From Thermoanaerobaculia bacterium (GTDB lineage: Bacteria; Acidobacteriota; Thermoanaerobaculia; UBA5066), in assembly GCA_038245905.1 (NCBI GenBank), contig JBBRRY010000017.1, positions 7,793 through 71,792 on the forward strand: DNA of 64,000 bases, written 5' to 3'. The notes under the pieces were generated by a model, which made no database searches, was not told the DNA's origin, and saw nothing but the letters and a program-made list of their open reading frames with translations. A program made the position numbers and the translations under genes. This document shows, piece after piece, positions 39,036-48,019 of the stretch (the stretch's first letter is position 1; each line of letters opens with the position of its first letter).

Positions 39036-39074
39036 CCCAAGGGAACGCCGAGGGACCGGGCGTAAGCTCGACCC

Positions 39075-40097
39075 GTGGCCGACACCGCCCCCGAAGGTGA
39101 CCTCCTCACCCAGATCGAGCGGGGCGAAGCCGCGCCCCAGATCCTCGATTTCGCGGCGAGGGGGATGGTCCCCCTGCCCCCCGAAGAGCTGGTCCGCGCG
39201 ATCGCCAGCATCATGGCGTCGGGCGACCCCCGCCTGGCCGCCATCGCCGCGGAATCCTTCAAGCGGTTCGACGCAGGGTCGCTGAAGAGCGCCGTCTTGA
39301 GTCCGGGGGTCCGGGCCGAGCAGCTCGCCGCCGTGGCGCATCACACGGAGGACGCCTTAGTGCTGGAGCCCCTCATACGGCACAAGGCCGTATCGGACGA
39401 AACTCTGGCCTGGCTCGCCGAGCGCGTGGACGCTCCACTTCAAGACATCATTGTCACGAACCAGACGCGCCTGCTCGCAGCTCCGGTCATCGTCGAACGG
39501 CTTTTCGAGAACCCGAGGCTCTCGCCCGAAATTCGGCGCCGGGCGGACGAGTTTCTCGAGGAGTTCTTTCTCAAGCAGGAGCGCGAGCGGGACGCCGCCG
39601 GGGAAACGGAGGAGGCGGCTCCGGAGGAGGCCCCGGCACCGGCGCCCGCCGCGGAGGTGGACGAGGCGGGGCTCACCGAGGCCGCCAAGAAGAGCCTCTT
39701 CGCCCGGGTCGCGACGATGTCCGTGGTCCAGAGGATCCGCCTCGCATACCGTGGAAACAAAGAGGAGCGGATGTTCCTCGTACAGGACCGCAACCGGCTG
39801 GTTTCGGCCGCCGTCCTGAAGTCCCCGAAGACCCGGGATGGGGACGCCGAATCCATCGCGAACATGAAGAACGTCGCGGAGGACGTTCTCCGGGGCATCA
39901 CGTGGCGGCGCGACTGGATGCGCCACTACACCATCATGCGGAATATCGTGAAGAACCCGAGGGCGCCGATCGACGTCACGCTTTCGCTCGTCGGTCGCTT
40001 GAACGCGAAGGATCAGAAGACTCTCGCGGGCGACCGGAACGTCCCCGAGGCCGTCCGCGCCTTCGCGCGCCGCGAGGTCTCCCGCAAGGAGACGTGA
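39075..40097 (+). CDS. Hypothetical protein with helical repeats, distantly similar to 37420..38184
   Basis: 340 aa with a GTG start. Repeated amphipathic helices and an acidic middle segment. No recognised catalytic motif. Confidence 0.5.
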   Translation: MADTAPEGDLLTQIERGEAAPQILDFAARGMVPLPPEELVRAIASIMASGDPRLAAIAAESFKRFDAGSLKSAVLSPGVRAEQLAAVAHHTEDALVLEPLIRHKAVSDETLAWLAERVDAPLQDIIVTNQTRLLAAPVIVERLFENPRLSPEIRRRADEFLEEFFLKQERERDAAGETEEAAPEEAPAPAPAAEVDEAGLTEAAKKSLFARVATMSVVQRIRLAYRGNKEERMFLVQDRNRLVSAAVLKSPKTRDGDAESIANMKNVAEDVLRGITWRRDWMRHYTIMRNIVKNPRAPIDVTLSLVGRLNAKDQKTLAGDRNVPEAVRAFARREVSRKET

Positions 40098-40169
40098 CGT
40101 CGCTCACGGATTGTTTGAAATTGGGGCTCCCGGTGTGAGAATCTGAAGCGTGCCGACAATCTGGATCGT

Positions 40170-40853
40170 GTGGGCGGGGCGCCCCTCGAGGTTTCGTTGA
40201 CGAGTTACTACGACGTGCTCGGGGTTCCTCGCGACGCGTCCGAGACGGAAGTCCGCGCGAAATTCCGGCTCCTGGCCCGGGAGGGTCATCCCGACCGATT
40301 TCGGGAGCTCGCCGAAAAGAAGACTGCCGAGGAGCGCTTCCAGCTTCTCACCGAGGCGATGAACGTCCTTACGAACCCGGCGCGGCGCAAGGCTCACGAC
40401 ATCGAGCTCGAGAAGAACCGCCCCCTTTCCCAGGATCCGGCGGCGCTCGCGCGCCTCTATCTCGCCAAGGGGGTGAAGGCTTATCGCGAAGGTAATTTTC
40501 CGGAGGCGATTACGGAGTTCGACCTCGCCGTCAAGCATTACGACAAGGATGCCAAGGCGTTTCACTATCTTGCACTGTCCTGCATGAAGGTCGTCGGACA
40601 GGTGCGCCGGGGCGTCGACGCGATCGAGGCGGCAATCAAGCTGGACGGCAACAATGCGCTCTTCCATCGCGACGCCGGCAAGCTCTTCATCCTGGCCGGC
40701 CTGAATTCGAAAGCCGAGCGTCACCTCGAGCAGGCCCTTACGTGGCTTCCCGAGGACGCCGAGACCCTGAAGCTCCTTCAGGACGTGCGCCCGAAGAAGG
40801 GAACCAGCGGGGAACGCAAGGTCCCGAGCGGTATCTTCGGGCGGAAGGGATAA
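40170..40853 (+). CDS. J-domain protein with TPR repeats
   Basis: YYDVLGVPRDASETEVRAKFRLLAREGHPDRF (HPD motif), followed by TPR-like YLAKGVKAYREGNFPEAITEFDLAVK. The start may instead be TTG at 40197. Confidence 0.8.
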   Translation: MGGAPLEVSLTSYYDVLGVPRDASETEVRAKFRLLAREGHPDRFRELAEKKTAEERFQLLTEAMNVLTNPARRKAHDIELEKNRPLSQDPAALARLYLAKGVKAYREGNFPEAITEFDLAVKHYDKDAKAFHYLALSCMKVVGQVRRGVDAIEAAIKLDGNNALFHRDAGKLFILAGLNSKAERHLEQALTWLPEDAETLKLLQDVRPKKGTSGERKVPSGIFGRKG

Positions 40854-40860
40854 TCGCGGC

Positions 40861-41757
40861 GTGAGCGTCTCTGCATTCGGACTAACAGACGTCGGCCGTA
40901 AGAGGCGACATAACGAGGACGCGTACCTCCTCGATGCCGAACGCGGCCTTTTCGTCGTCGCCGACGGCATGGGGGGCCACGCGGCCGGCGAGGTCGCCTC
41001 GCGGATCACCGTCGAGTCTATTCAGGAGTACATCGCCGCCACCGAAGAAGAGCACGAGAGCTCGTGGCCCTTCGGCTTCAACAGCCGCGTGTCCGTCGAA
41101 GGGAACCGTCTGACGACGGCGGTCGAGAAGGCGAACGAGAAAGTCATGCGCGCCGTGCAGAACAGGCCCGAATTGAAGGGCATGGGCACCACGGTCGTCG
41201 CGGCGCTCTTCGACGCCGATCGCGCGACGCTCGTCCACGTCGGCGACAGCCGCGCCTATCTTTTTCGCGACGGGGAGCTGCGGCGCCTGACGGACGACCA
41301 CTCCTGGGTTCAGGAGCAGGTCAACGCCGGCATCCTCAGCGAGGACGAGGCGAAGAGCCACCCGCTCAAGAACGTCGTGACGCGCGCGCTCGGCGGCGCG
41401 GCGCACGTCTCGGTCGATCTCATCGAGGTCCCCGTGCGTCCGGGCGACCGGTTCCTTCTCTGTTCCGATGGCCTGACGGGCATGGTTCCCGACGAGGATC
41501 TCTTCGCCGCCTTCCGTTCAGACGGCCTCATCGAGAAGACGGTGCGTCAGCTCATCGACACGGCAAATGACCGCGGGGGCGTGGACAACATCACCGCGAT
41601 CGTCGTCCAGGTCGTTGGCGAGGCGGGCAATGATTCGGGGCGCGCCGCGAGCGAGCCGGTCCGGCGGGCTGTGTCCACGTCTGGGGAGAGCACGGCCGTC
41701 AATCTCGAACCGCCGGGAATGCCGCCGCGCGATTCCGATCCCGAACCGAAGAGCTGA
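40861..41757 (+). CDS. PP2C-family Ser/Thr protein phosphatase
   Basis: RRHNEDAY, VADGMGGHAAGEVAS, LLCSDGL and DNITAIVV motifs. Confidence 0.9.
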   Translation: MSVSAFGLTDVGRKRRHNEDAYLLDAERGLFVVADGMGGHAAGEVASRITVESIQEYIAATEEEHESSWPFGFNSRVSVEGNRLTTAVEKANEKVMRAVQNRPELKGMGTTVVAALFDADRATLVHVGDSRAYLFRDGELRRLTDDHSWVQEQVNAGILSEDEAKSHPLKNVVTRALGGAAHVSVDLIEVPVRPGDRFLLCSDGLTGMVPDEDLFAAFRSDGLIEKTVRQLIDTANDRGGVDNITAIVVQVVGEAGNDSGRAASEPVRRAVSTSGESTAVNLEPPGMPPRDSDPEPKS

Positions 41758-44227
41758 CGCCGCTCTCGTCGTCGCCGTTCCGGACGGGAAGCTCGCCCGT
41801 CTTCACGCGCGCGAAGAACTCCCGGGTGGCCTGGCCGATCTCGATGCAGGCCAGCTCGCCGGGGTCGTCGAGATACCAGTCGTCCGGCAGGTAACGGCTG
41901 TAGGGCTCCTGGAGGAAACGCCGGCAGGCCAGGACGACGACGCCGGTATCCGTTCCCGACCGGATGAGGCGCCCTGCGCTCTGGACGACGCGCGTCATGC
42001 CGGGGATGACGTAGGCGTATTCGAACCCTCGTTCGAAGCGCTCCTCGAAGTAGCGGCGCATGCGCTCCTGCTCGAAACGGACCATCGGCAGGGCAGGCGA
42101 GACGACGACGACGGCCTGGAGCATTTCGCCGGGATAGTCCACGCCCTCGGCGAAGGCGCCTCCGGAGACGGCGAAGACGAGCACGGGCGCGCCGCCGTCG
42201 CGCATCGCTGCGAGGACCGAATTCCGTTCGAGCTCGGTCGAGCGGTCGGAGGGACGGAGCACGCGGCGGCCGGGGAGGGCGGGGAGGTGGGTACGCACCT
42301 CGTCGAGAAACCGGTAGGACGGAAACAGGGCGAGCACGTTGCCCGGGCACGCCCGCGCGACGTCCGCGACGAGAGCCGCGAGGCGCGGGGCGCCCCGCCC
42401 GCGCGCGGCGAACGTCGTGTCGACGTCCGGGGCGACGAATACGGCACGGTTCTCCCGCGGGAAGGGCGAGGGCAGGCGGAGTACCGTCGTGCGATCGGGG
42501 TCCAGCCCGAGGAGGTCGCGGTAAAACTCCGGAGGGGAAAGCGTCGCCGACATCGAGACGGTCGCCGCGGCCGCGTTCAGGGTCTCGCCGAGGAGCTTCG
42601 ACGGGTCCTTGCAGAGAATCGCGAGACGCGCGCCGCTCCTTCCGCGCGCGGCCAGGACGTCGAAGGCGGGATCGGGCCGCCCCTCCGAGGGCTGCGCCCG
42701 CTTGCTCACGTCGTGGAAGCGCGCGAACGTGAAGTAGAGCTCGAGGACGGGATCGTTCGGGACTCGTTCGCCTCCGGCGCGCAGGTCCGCGAGATGGCGC
42801 ACGAGAAGCGACTCGAAGTCGAGCCTGAGGTCGTCGAGGCGCGTCTCGTCCAGCGTCACGAGGCCCACGGGCTCGGGCTCTTCGTCCGAGAGGCCTGCGG
42901 CGGCGTCGGCGACGAGCCGCCGCAGGCGGCGCGCGGCCTCGCCCGCGTCCCACGAGGTCTTTGCGTTCGAGGCGCCGATCCGCTGCTCGAGCGTTGCGAG
43001 GGCGGCGTCGGAAAGTTCAGGTGAGTAGTATCCGCGCCCGCGGTCCACGAGGTTGTGAGCCTCGTCCACGAGGAGGAACGACTGCGCCAAGGCAGAAGGG
43101 TCGCGCGCCCCCGCGAGCGCCACGACCGGGTCGAAGACGTAGTTGTAGTCGCCGATGACGACATCGGCCTCTTCTGCGAGCTCGAGTGAGACCTCGAAGG
43201 GGCAGACGACCTCGTTGCGCGCCTCCTCGAAGACCGTGTCCGGGTCCAGGTGACGGTGGCTCTCGAGGAGCCGCTCGCGGAGACCCGAGGCCTCCATCTT
43301 GGCACCGTAGTCCTTCGCATACGCGCAGTGGTTCTCGTGGCAGAGGACGACGTCGTTCGCGCACATGCGCTCTTTTGCCCGGAGCCGCACGGAGCGGAAC
43401 GACTCGCCGTCGATGGCCGCGAGCGTCTTCATGTAGATGTCCTGCTGCGTCGTCTTGGCCGTGAGGATGAAGAGGCGCCGGTGGGATTCGAGAGCGCCGA
43501 CGAGGAGGGGATAGAGGGCGGCTGCGGTCTTTCCGATTCCGGTCGGGGCCTGGGCGAGGAGGTGTTCGCCATGCGCGGCCGCGTGAGCGGCCGCCGCGGC
43601 CATATCCCGCTGCCCGGGCCGGAACCGCGCGTGCGGGAAGACGAGCGTCGCGGCCTCGGCGGCCTTCGCCTCGGCGAGGGCGCGCTCCTCGAGAAACGCG
43701 TCGAGGAGGACTCGCGTGCGCCTGACGAGGTCGTCGAGCGTCTTCTCGGGCTCGTGCGGCACGTCGAGGACCTTCGTCGCGCCCGTCTCGATGTCCGCCA
43801 GGACGAGGCGGCCGTGCACGGAGCGGCCCTCGGCGGCGGCGACCGCCTGCATGTACCAGCGGAGCTGGAGCTGGAAACGTTCGAGGCGCGGGGAGCCGGG
43901 CAGCTTCCCGAGGTCTTCGGCGAAATGGAGAGATTTCACCTCGTCCACGACGACGCGTCCGTTCTCCTCGAATCGACCGTCGAGCCGGCCCTCGAGCACG
44001 ACCGTGAAGTCGTCCACCGCATACGTCAGGCGGATGGATTTCTCGACCGCGTATCCGGGGACGTTCGCGAGGTTCTCGCCGAGCACGCGGCGATGCACCG
44101 CCTGGCCGATCCAGAGCCGCTCGAATCCCTCGCCCCGGTCGAAGCCCGCCCGGCGTGCGACGCCGCCGAGGAGGGCCCCTGGAGAGAGCGCGATCGTTTT
44201 CTTCTCGAGGTCGACCGTCAGCGCCAC
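41699..44227 (-). CDS. XPD/DinG-family (Rad3-like) 4Fe-4S helicase with N-terminal PD-(D/E)XK nuclease-like domain
   Basis: N-terminus: GQAVH...GRLDG...VVDEVKS...QLQLRWY. Helicase: AQAPTGIGKTAA (Walker A), four Cys (CANDVVLCHENHCAY...VVCPFE), LLVDEAHNL (DEAH). GTG start. Confidence 0.78.
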   Translation of the reverse strand: MALTVDLEKKTIALSPGALLGGVARRAGFDRGEGFERLWIGQAVHRRVLGENLANVPGYAVEKSIRLTYAVDDFTVVLEGRLDGRFEENGRVVVDEVKSLHFAEDLGKLPGSPRLERFQLQLRWYMQAVAAAEGRSVHGRLVLADIETGATKVLDVPHEPEKTLDDLVRRTRVLLDAFLEERALAEAKAAEAATLVFPHARFRPGQRDMAAAAAHAAAHGEHLLAQAPTGIGKTAAALYPLLVGALESHRRLFILTAKTTQQDIYMKTLAAIDGESFRSVRLRAKERMCANDVVLCHENHCAYAKDYGAKMEASGLRERLLESHRHLDPDTVFEEARNEVVCPFEVSLELAEEADVVIGDYNYVFDPVVALAGARDPSALAQSFLLVDEAHNLVDRGRGYYSPELSDAALATLEQRIGASNAKTSWDAGEAARRLRRLVADAAAGLSDEEPEPVGLVTLDETRLDDLRLDFESLLVRHLADLRAGGERVPNDPVLELYFTFARFHDVSKRAQPSEGRPDPAFDVLAARGRSGARLAILCKDPSKLLGETLNAAAATVSMSATLSPPEFYRDLLGLDPDRTTVLRLPSPFPRENRAVFVAPDVDTTFAARGRGAPRLAALVADVARACPGNVLALFPSYRFLDEVRTHLPALPGRRVLRPSDRSTELERNSVLAAMRDGGAPVLVFAVSGGAFAEGVDYPGEMLQAVVVVSPALPMVRFEQERMRRYFEERFERGFEYAYVIPGMTRVVQSAGRLIRSGTDTGVVVLACRRFLQEPYSRYLPDDWYLDDPGELACIEIGQATREFFARVKTGELPVRNGDDESGVSSSVRDRNRAAAFPAVRD

Positions 44228-44286
44228 GGCCGATTGTAAGGGCGCCCCGGATATCGCACGACGCGTTGTTCAGCTAAAATGCACCG

Positions 44287-45777
44287 ATGTCACGGTTTGC
44301 TCGGTCTCTCGTCGGCGCGGCTGTCGGTTTTCTTCTCGCTCTCGCCCCGGCCGCCGAGGGCGCCAGGAAACCTGCGAGGCCGGCGCCGCCCCAGACCCTC
44401 GAGCAGCGGTTGAACGCCTTGCTGCGCAGGGGCCCCGTCAGGCGCTCCGAGATCGGCGTCGTCGTCACACGACTGGGCGAGGCAGCGCCTCTCGCTTCCC
44501 TGAACCCCCAGCGGTCTCTCATCCTCGCCTCCACGACGAAGCTTTTCACGACCGCCGCCGCCCTCGACCGCCTCGGGCCCGAGTACAAGTTCAGGACGCG
44601 CCTCTATCGCGACGCGGACGTCGGCGAGGACGGCGTCCTGCCCGGTCACCTCGTCGTCATGGGAGGCGGCGATCCGGGAATCTCCGGCCGCTGGTACGAC
44701 GACGATCCCCTGGCCGTGTTTCGGCCGTGGGCGGCGTCCCTCGCGAAGAAAGGTCTTCGCAGCGTTCGGGACGGGCTGCTTCTCGACGTTTCATTCTTCG
44801 ACGACGTTCAGACTCATCCCGACTGGCCGAGCGAGCAGGAGCAACGGTGGTACCAGGCTCCCGTTTCGGCGCTCTCCTACAACGACAACATCGTCCTCGT
44901 GCGCGCGTCGGGAGGCCTTCGCCCAGGGAGCCCGGCTCTCCTCGGATTCGATCCTCTCGGGCCGCCTCTCCTGAATCTCATCTCGAACGTCGTCACCGCC
45001 TCGCGAAAGACGTGGGTCGGCGTGCGCCGCGAGGCCGGCAGCCACACCGTCGTGGCGGCGGGGCGCGTCGGCCGGAACCGGACGTGGGTCGGCGACGTGA
45101 CGGTGCCCGACCCGCCGCTCTATTTCGCCGCGGCCCTCTCTCAGGTCCTCCGTGAAGCCGGCATCCGGATCGACGCCCCGCCCACCGTGAGGACGGAACC
45201 GGGCACCCCGCTTCCGATCTCGGGTCGCGTGCTCCTCCATACTCATGAGACGCCGCTCCTCTCCGCGATCGCCGTGTGCAATAAGCGCTCGCAATCCCTC
45301 TTCGCCGAAGAGATCCTCAAGACGCTCGGCGCCGAGAAGCGTGGCCGTGGAACGTGGGAGAACGGCCGGGCCGAGGTCGCGGCGTTCCTGACCTCGCTCG
45401 GTCTCGACGCTTCGCGCTACCAGCTCGCCGACGGGTCCGGGCGCGCGCATTCCAACCGCGCCTCCGCGGCCGCGTACGTGGATTTCCTCACGGCGCTCGC
45501 GTCGCGCTGGAAACACTTCGAGACGTTCAAGGGCACGATGGCGGTATCGGGTGCACCCGACGGGACGTTGCGTCATCGCCTGCAGGGCGACGCGACGATC
45601 GGCAAGGTGTGGGCGAAAACGGGGAACGTGTCGGGTGTCGTGACGCTGTGCGGCTACGTGCAGGCCCAGAGCGGCCAGACGTACGCCTTCAGCATTCTCC
45701 TGAACGGCGGCGCCCGTGACGTCCGCGGCCACGCGTTCCAGGACCGTCTCGTGAGCGAGCTGGCTAAATTCGGCTAG
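44287..45777 (+). CDS. dacB: D-alanyl-D-alanine carboxypeptidase/endopeptidase (PBP4, peptidase S13)
   Basis: Signal peptide, ASTTKLFT (SxxK), SNR and KTGNVSG (KTG) motifs. Confidence 0.88.
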   Translation: MSRFARSLVGAAVGFLLALAPAAEGARKPARPAPPQTLEQRLNALLRRGPVRRSEIGVVVTRLGEAAPLASLNPQRSLILASTTKLFTTAAALDRLGPEYKFRTRLYRDADVGEDGVLPGHLVVMGGGDPGISGRWYDDDPLAVFRPWAASLAKKGLRSVRDGLLLDVSFFDDVQTHPDWPSEQEQRWYQAPVSALSYNDNIVLVRASGGLRPGSPALLGFDPLGPPLLNLISNVVTASRKTWVGVRREAGSHTVVAAGRVGRNRTWVGDVTVPDPPLYFAAALSQVLREAGIRIDAPPTVRTEPGTPLPISGRVLLHTHETPLLSAIAVCNKRSQSLFAEEILKTLGAEKRGRGTWENGRAEVAAFLTSLGLDASRYQLADGSGRAHSNRASAAAYVDFLTALASRWKHFETFKGTMAVSGAPDGTLRHRLQGDATIGKVWAKTGNVSGVVTLCGYVQAQSGQTYAFSILLNGGARDVRGHAFQDRLVSELAKFG

Positions 45778-46651
45778 CGCGCGACGTTCGGAACAGCGCA
45801 ATCTGCGTTTTCGTTCCCTTGGCTCTATACATTGCCGTATCGGCATTCTTGAAGAGAACGTCCGCCGTTCTTCCATCGGCGGGATAGACGGCAATGCCGA
45901 TACTGGCTCTTATCGAAAGCGTGGTCCCCTTCAACTCGCAGGCTTCGGCGATCCGAGACTGCATCTTCTGTGCAAGCCGCGTCACCACGGCGTCCTGCTT
46001 GACCTCGAGCAACAGACAGACGAATTCGTCGCCTCCCCAGCGACTGACCATGTCTTCCGCGCGGACGGAAGACCGTAAACGGTTCGCCACCATCAACAGC
46101 ACCTGGTCTCCCAGATCATGGCCATGAGAGTCGTTGATTTTCTTGAAGTCATCGATATCGATGAACAGGACCGCGAGCTTCCAGCCGTGCCGTTTTGCCT
46201 GGATCAACCCATGGTCGAGGCGCTGCTCGAATGACACGCGGTTCGGAAGGCCGGTGAGCGCGTCCTGAAGCGCGAGTTGTTGCGCTTCTTCCTCCTTGAG
46301 CTGGGATTTCGACAGATCGTCCCGCACGTCGGCCAGGTCGGTCTTCGTGTCCGCGAGCTCGGATTCGATGACGATTCGCTCAGCGACTTCTCTGGCGAGC
46401 TGGGCGTTGACCAGCTTCAAATCGTCCGCGGCTTTCGCTACCTTGTGTTCGACATCCTCGTTCTCGGCGAGAAGATGTTTGATGGTCTGAACAGGGACGT
46501 TGTCCTGCCGGAGGATTTCATTAACCGATGTGAGTTCAGTGGCCGCCTCCTTGACGGTGTCCTTGATCTTCTCGTTCTTCTTGAGCACGCCTCCAAGCGA
46601 AGCTCTCCTGGCGGACGCGTGTGGTTTCAGCCCTTTTGATCTTGACTTCAT
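45764..46651 (-). CDS. Diguanylate cyclase (coiled-coil + GGDEF); gene is visibly lower in GC than its neighbours
   Basis: RWGGDEFVCLL and FKKINDSHGHDLGD motifs. ATG at 46651 has a GGAGA SD sequence. The track ORF starts at GTG 46669. Confidence 0.85.
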   Translation of the reverse strand: MKSRSKGLKPHASARRASLGGVLKKNEKIKDTVKEAATELTSVNEILRQDNVPVQTIKHLLAENEDVEHKVAKAADDLKLVNAQLAREVAERIVIESELADTKTDLADVRDDLSKSQLKEEEAQQLALQDALTGLPNRVSFEQRLDHGLIQAKRHGWKLAVLFIDIDDFKKINDSHGHDLGDQVLLMVANRLRSSVRAEDMVSRWGGDEFVCLLLEVKQDAVVTRLAQKMQSRIAEACELKGTTLSIRASIGIAVYPADGRTADVLFKNADTAMYRAKGTKTQIALFRTSRASRI

Positions 46652-46732
46652 CACGAGCTCTCCATGCACCCCGCATCAGTAATCAGTTTACTGCGATTCT
46701 CGGACTCCTAGACCCGCAGTAGACTGGACGCG

Positions 46733-48019
46733 ATGGACTATCGCCTTCTCCTGAAGAACGTCGAGAAGACCCTCGAAGCCATCGAGGGCGGCGACGACGT
46801 GCTCGTGACGATCGTGAGCGTCGGCGAGGCGATCGTCCGGAACTTCCAGAGGGAGCTCGGGATCCTGGGCGGTCGGCTCTACGTGCGCCGGGAGAACCAG
46901 TACGTCCTCGAGCGGGGATTCGGCCGCTCGCGACGCGTCCCGACGGGCATCTCCGTTTCCGCCGAGTACGGCCCCATCCGCCGCGCGGAGGAAGACGGGA
47001 TGGCGCTTGCCGATCTCGACGATCCGTCCATCGACAAGGCGTTCGAGAAGAGCCTCGGCGTCTCGCGCTTCGCCGCCGTCTCGTTCGGTGAGGAGCGCTA
47101 TCTCCTCTCCTTCGACGTCCACCCGAGGGCGCGCGAAGAGGACCTCCTCCTCGCGCTCGGCATCATCCGGACCGTGGTCGACTCGAAGGTGCGCACGGAG
47201 CGCCTCGAGGGCCTCCTGCAGGACGCCCGGCGTATCCAGCAGTCGATTCTCCCGCGCGCGATTCCCCAGGTGGGCGACTTCGAGCTCTTCGGACTGTCGG
47301 TTCCGGCCGAGGCGGTCGGCGGGGACTTCTACGATTTCATTCCGCTCGGCGACCTGAGCTTCGGCGCGGCCATCGCGGACGCGTCCGGCCACGGACTTCT
47401 CGCGGCGCTGCTCGTGCGCGACATCTACGTCGGTCTCCGGATGGGGATCGGAAACGACTTCAAGATCGCCCGCACGATCGAGCGGCTGAACCGCATCCTG
47501 AACAAGAGCCGACTCACGACGAAGTTCGTCTCCCTCTTCTACGGCGAGTTCGAGACGAATGGCGACATCGTTTACGTGAACGCGGGGCACCCGTCACCCC
47601 TCCATCTGCATGCCGTGACGGGCTCGTTCAGCGAGCTTGCCTCGACGGGAATGGTCCTCGGCCCCGCGCCCGACGCCGTTTACAGCCGGCGGGCGGCTCA
47701 CATGGAGCCGGGCGACCTCGTGCTTCTCTATACGGACGGAGTCGTCGAGGCCCACGATTCGAAGGGTCGCGAGTTCGGGATGTCCCGGCTTAAGCGACTG
47801 CTCATCGAGGCGAGGCGCGAATCGGCGCGCGAGGTCGTGCACCGGGTCGTCAATGCGGCGCGCTCGTGGTCGCACGGAGCCCCCGTGGAGGACGACATGA
47901 CGGCCGTCGCGATCCGGCGCGTGCCGCAGCGGGCCGGCGACCGTCCGCACCGGTCGGGCGAGCATCCACGCGTCAAGCCCGAGACGACGCCTCACGGAAC
48001 CAGGCCGCGGTCCGCCTGA
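46733..48019 (+). CDS. SpoIIE/RsbU-type PP2C phosphatase with N-terminal GAF-like sensor
   Basis: PAEAVGGDFYDFIPL, DASGHGLLAALL and LLYTDGVVEA motifs. Confidence 0.82.
   Translation: MDYRLLLKNVEKTLEAIEGGDDVLVTIVSVGEAIVRNFQRELGILGGRLYVRRENQYVLERGFGRSRRVPTGISVSAEYGPIRRAEEDGMALADLDDPSIDKAFEKSLGVSRFAAVSFGEERYLLSFDVHPRAREEDLLLALGIIRTVVDSKVRTERLEGLLQDARRIQQSILPRAIPQVGDFELFGLSVPAEAVGGDFYDFIPLGDLSFGAAIADASGHGLLAALLVRDIYVGLRMGIGNDFKIARTIERLNRILNKSRLTTKFVSLFYGEFETNGDIVYVNAGHPSPLHLHAVTGSFSELASTGMVLGPAPDAVYSRRAAHMEPGDLVLLYTDGVVEAHDSKGREFGMSRLKRLLIEARRESAREVVHRVVNAARSWSHGAPVEDDMTAVAIRRVPQRAGDRPHRSGEHPRVKPETTPHGTRPRSA

Noticed and set aside
40093-40125. Weak hairpin CGTGA-CGTCGC-TCACG followed by a partly T-rich stretch after the 39075..40097 gene, considered as a terminator.
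   Set aside because: It has only a 5-bp stem, overlaps the stop codon, and lacks a real U-tract. The evidence is insufficient.
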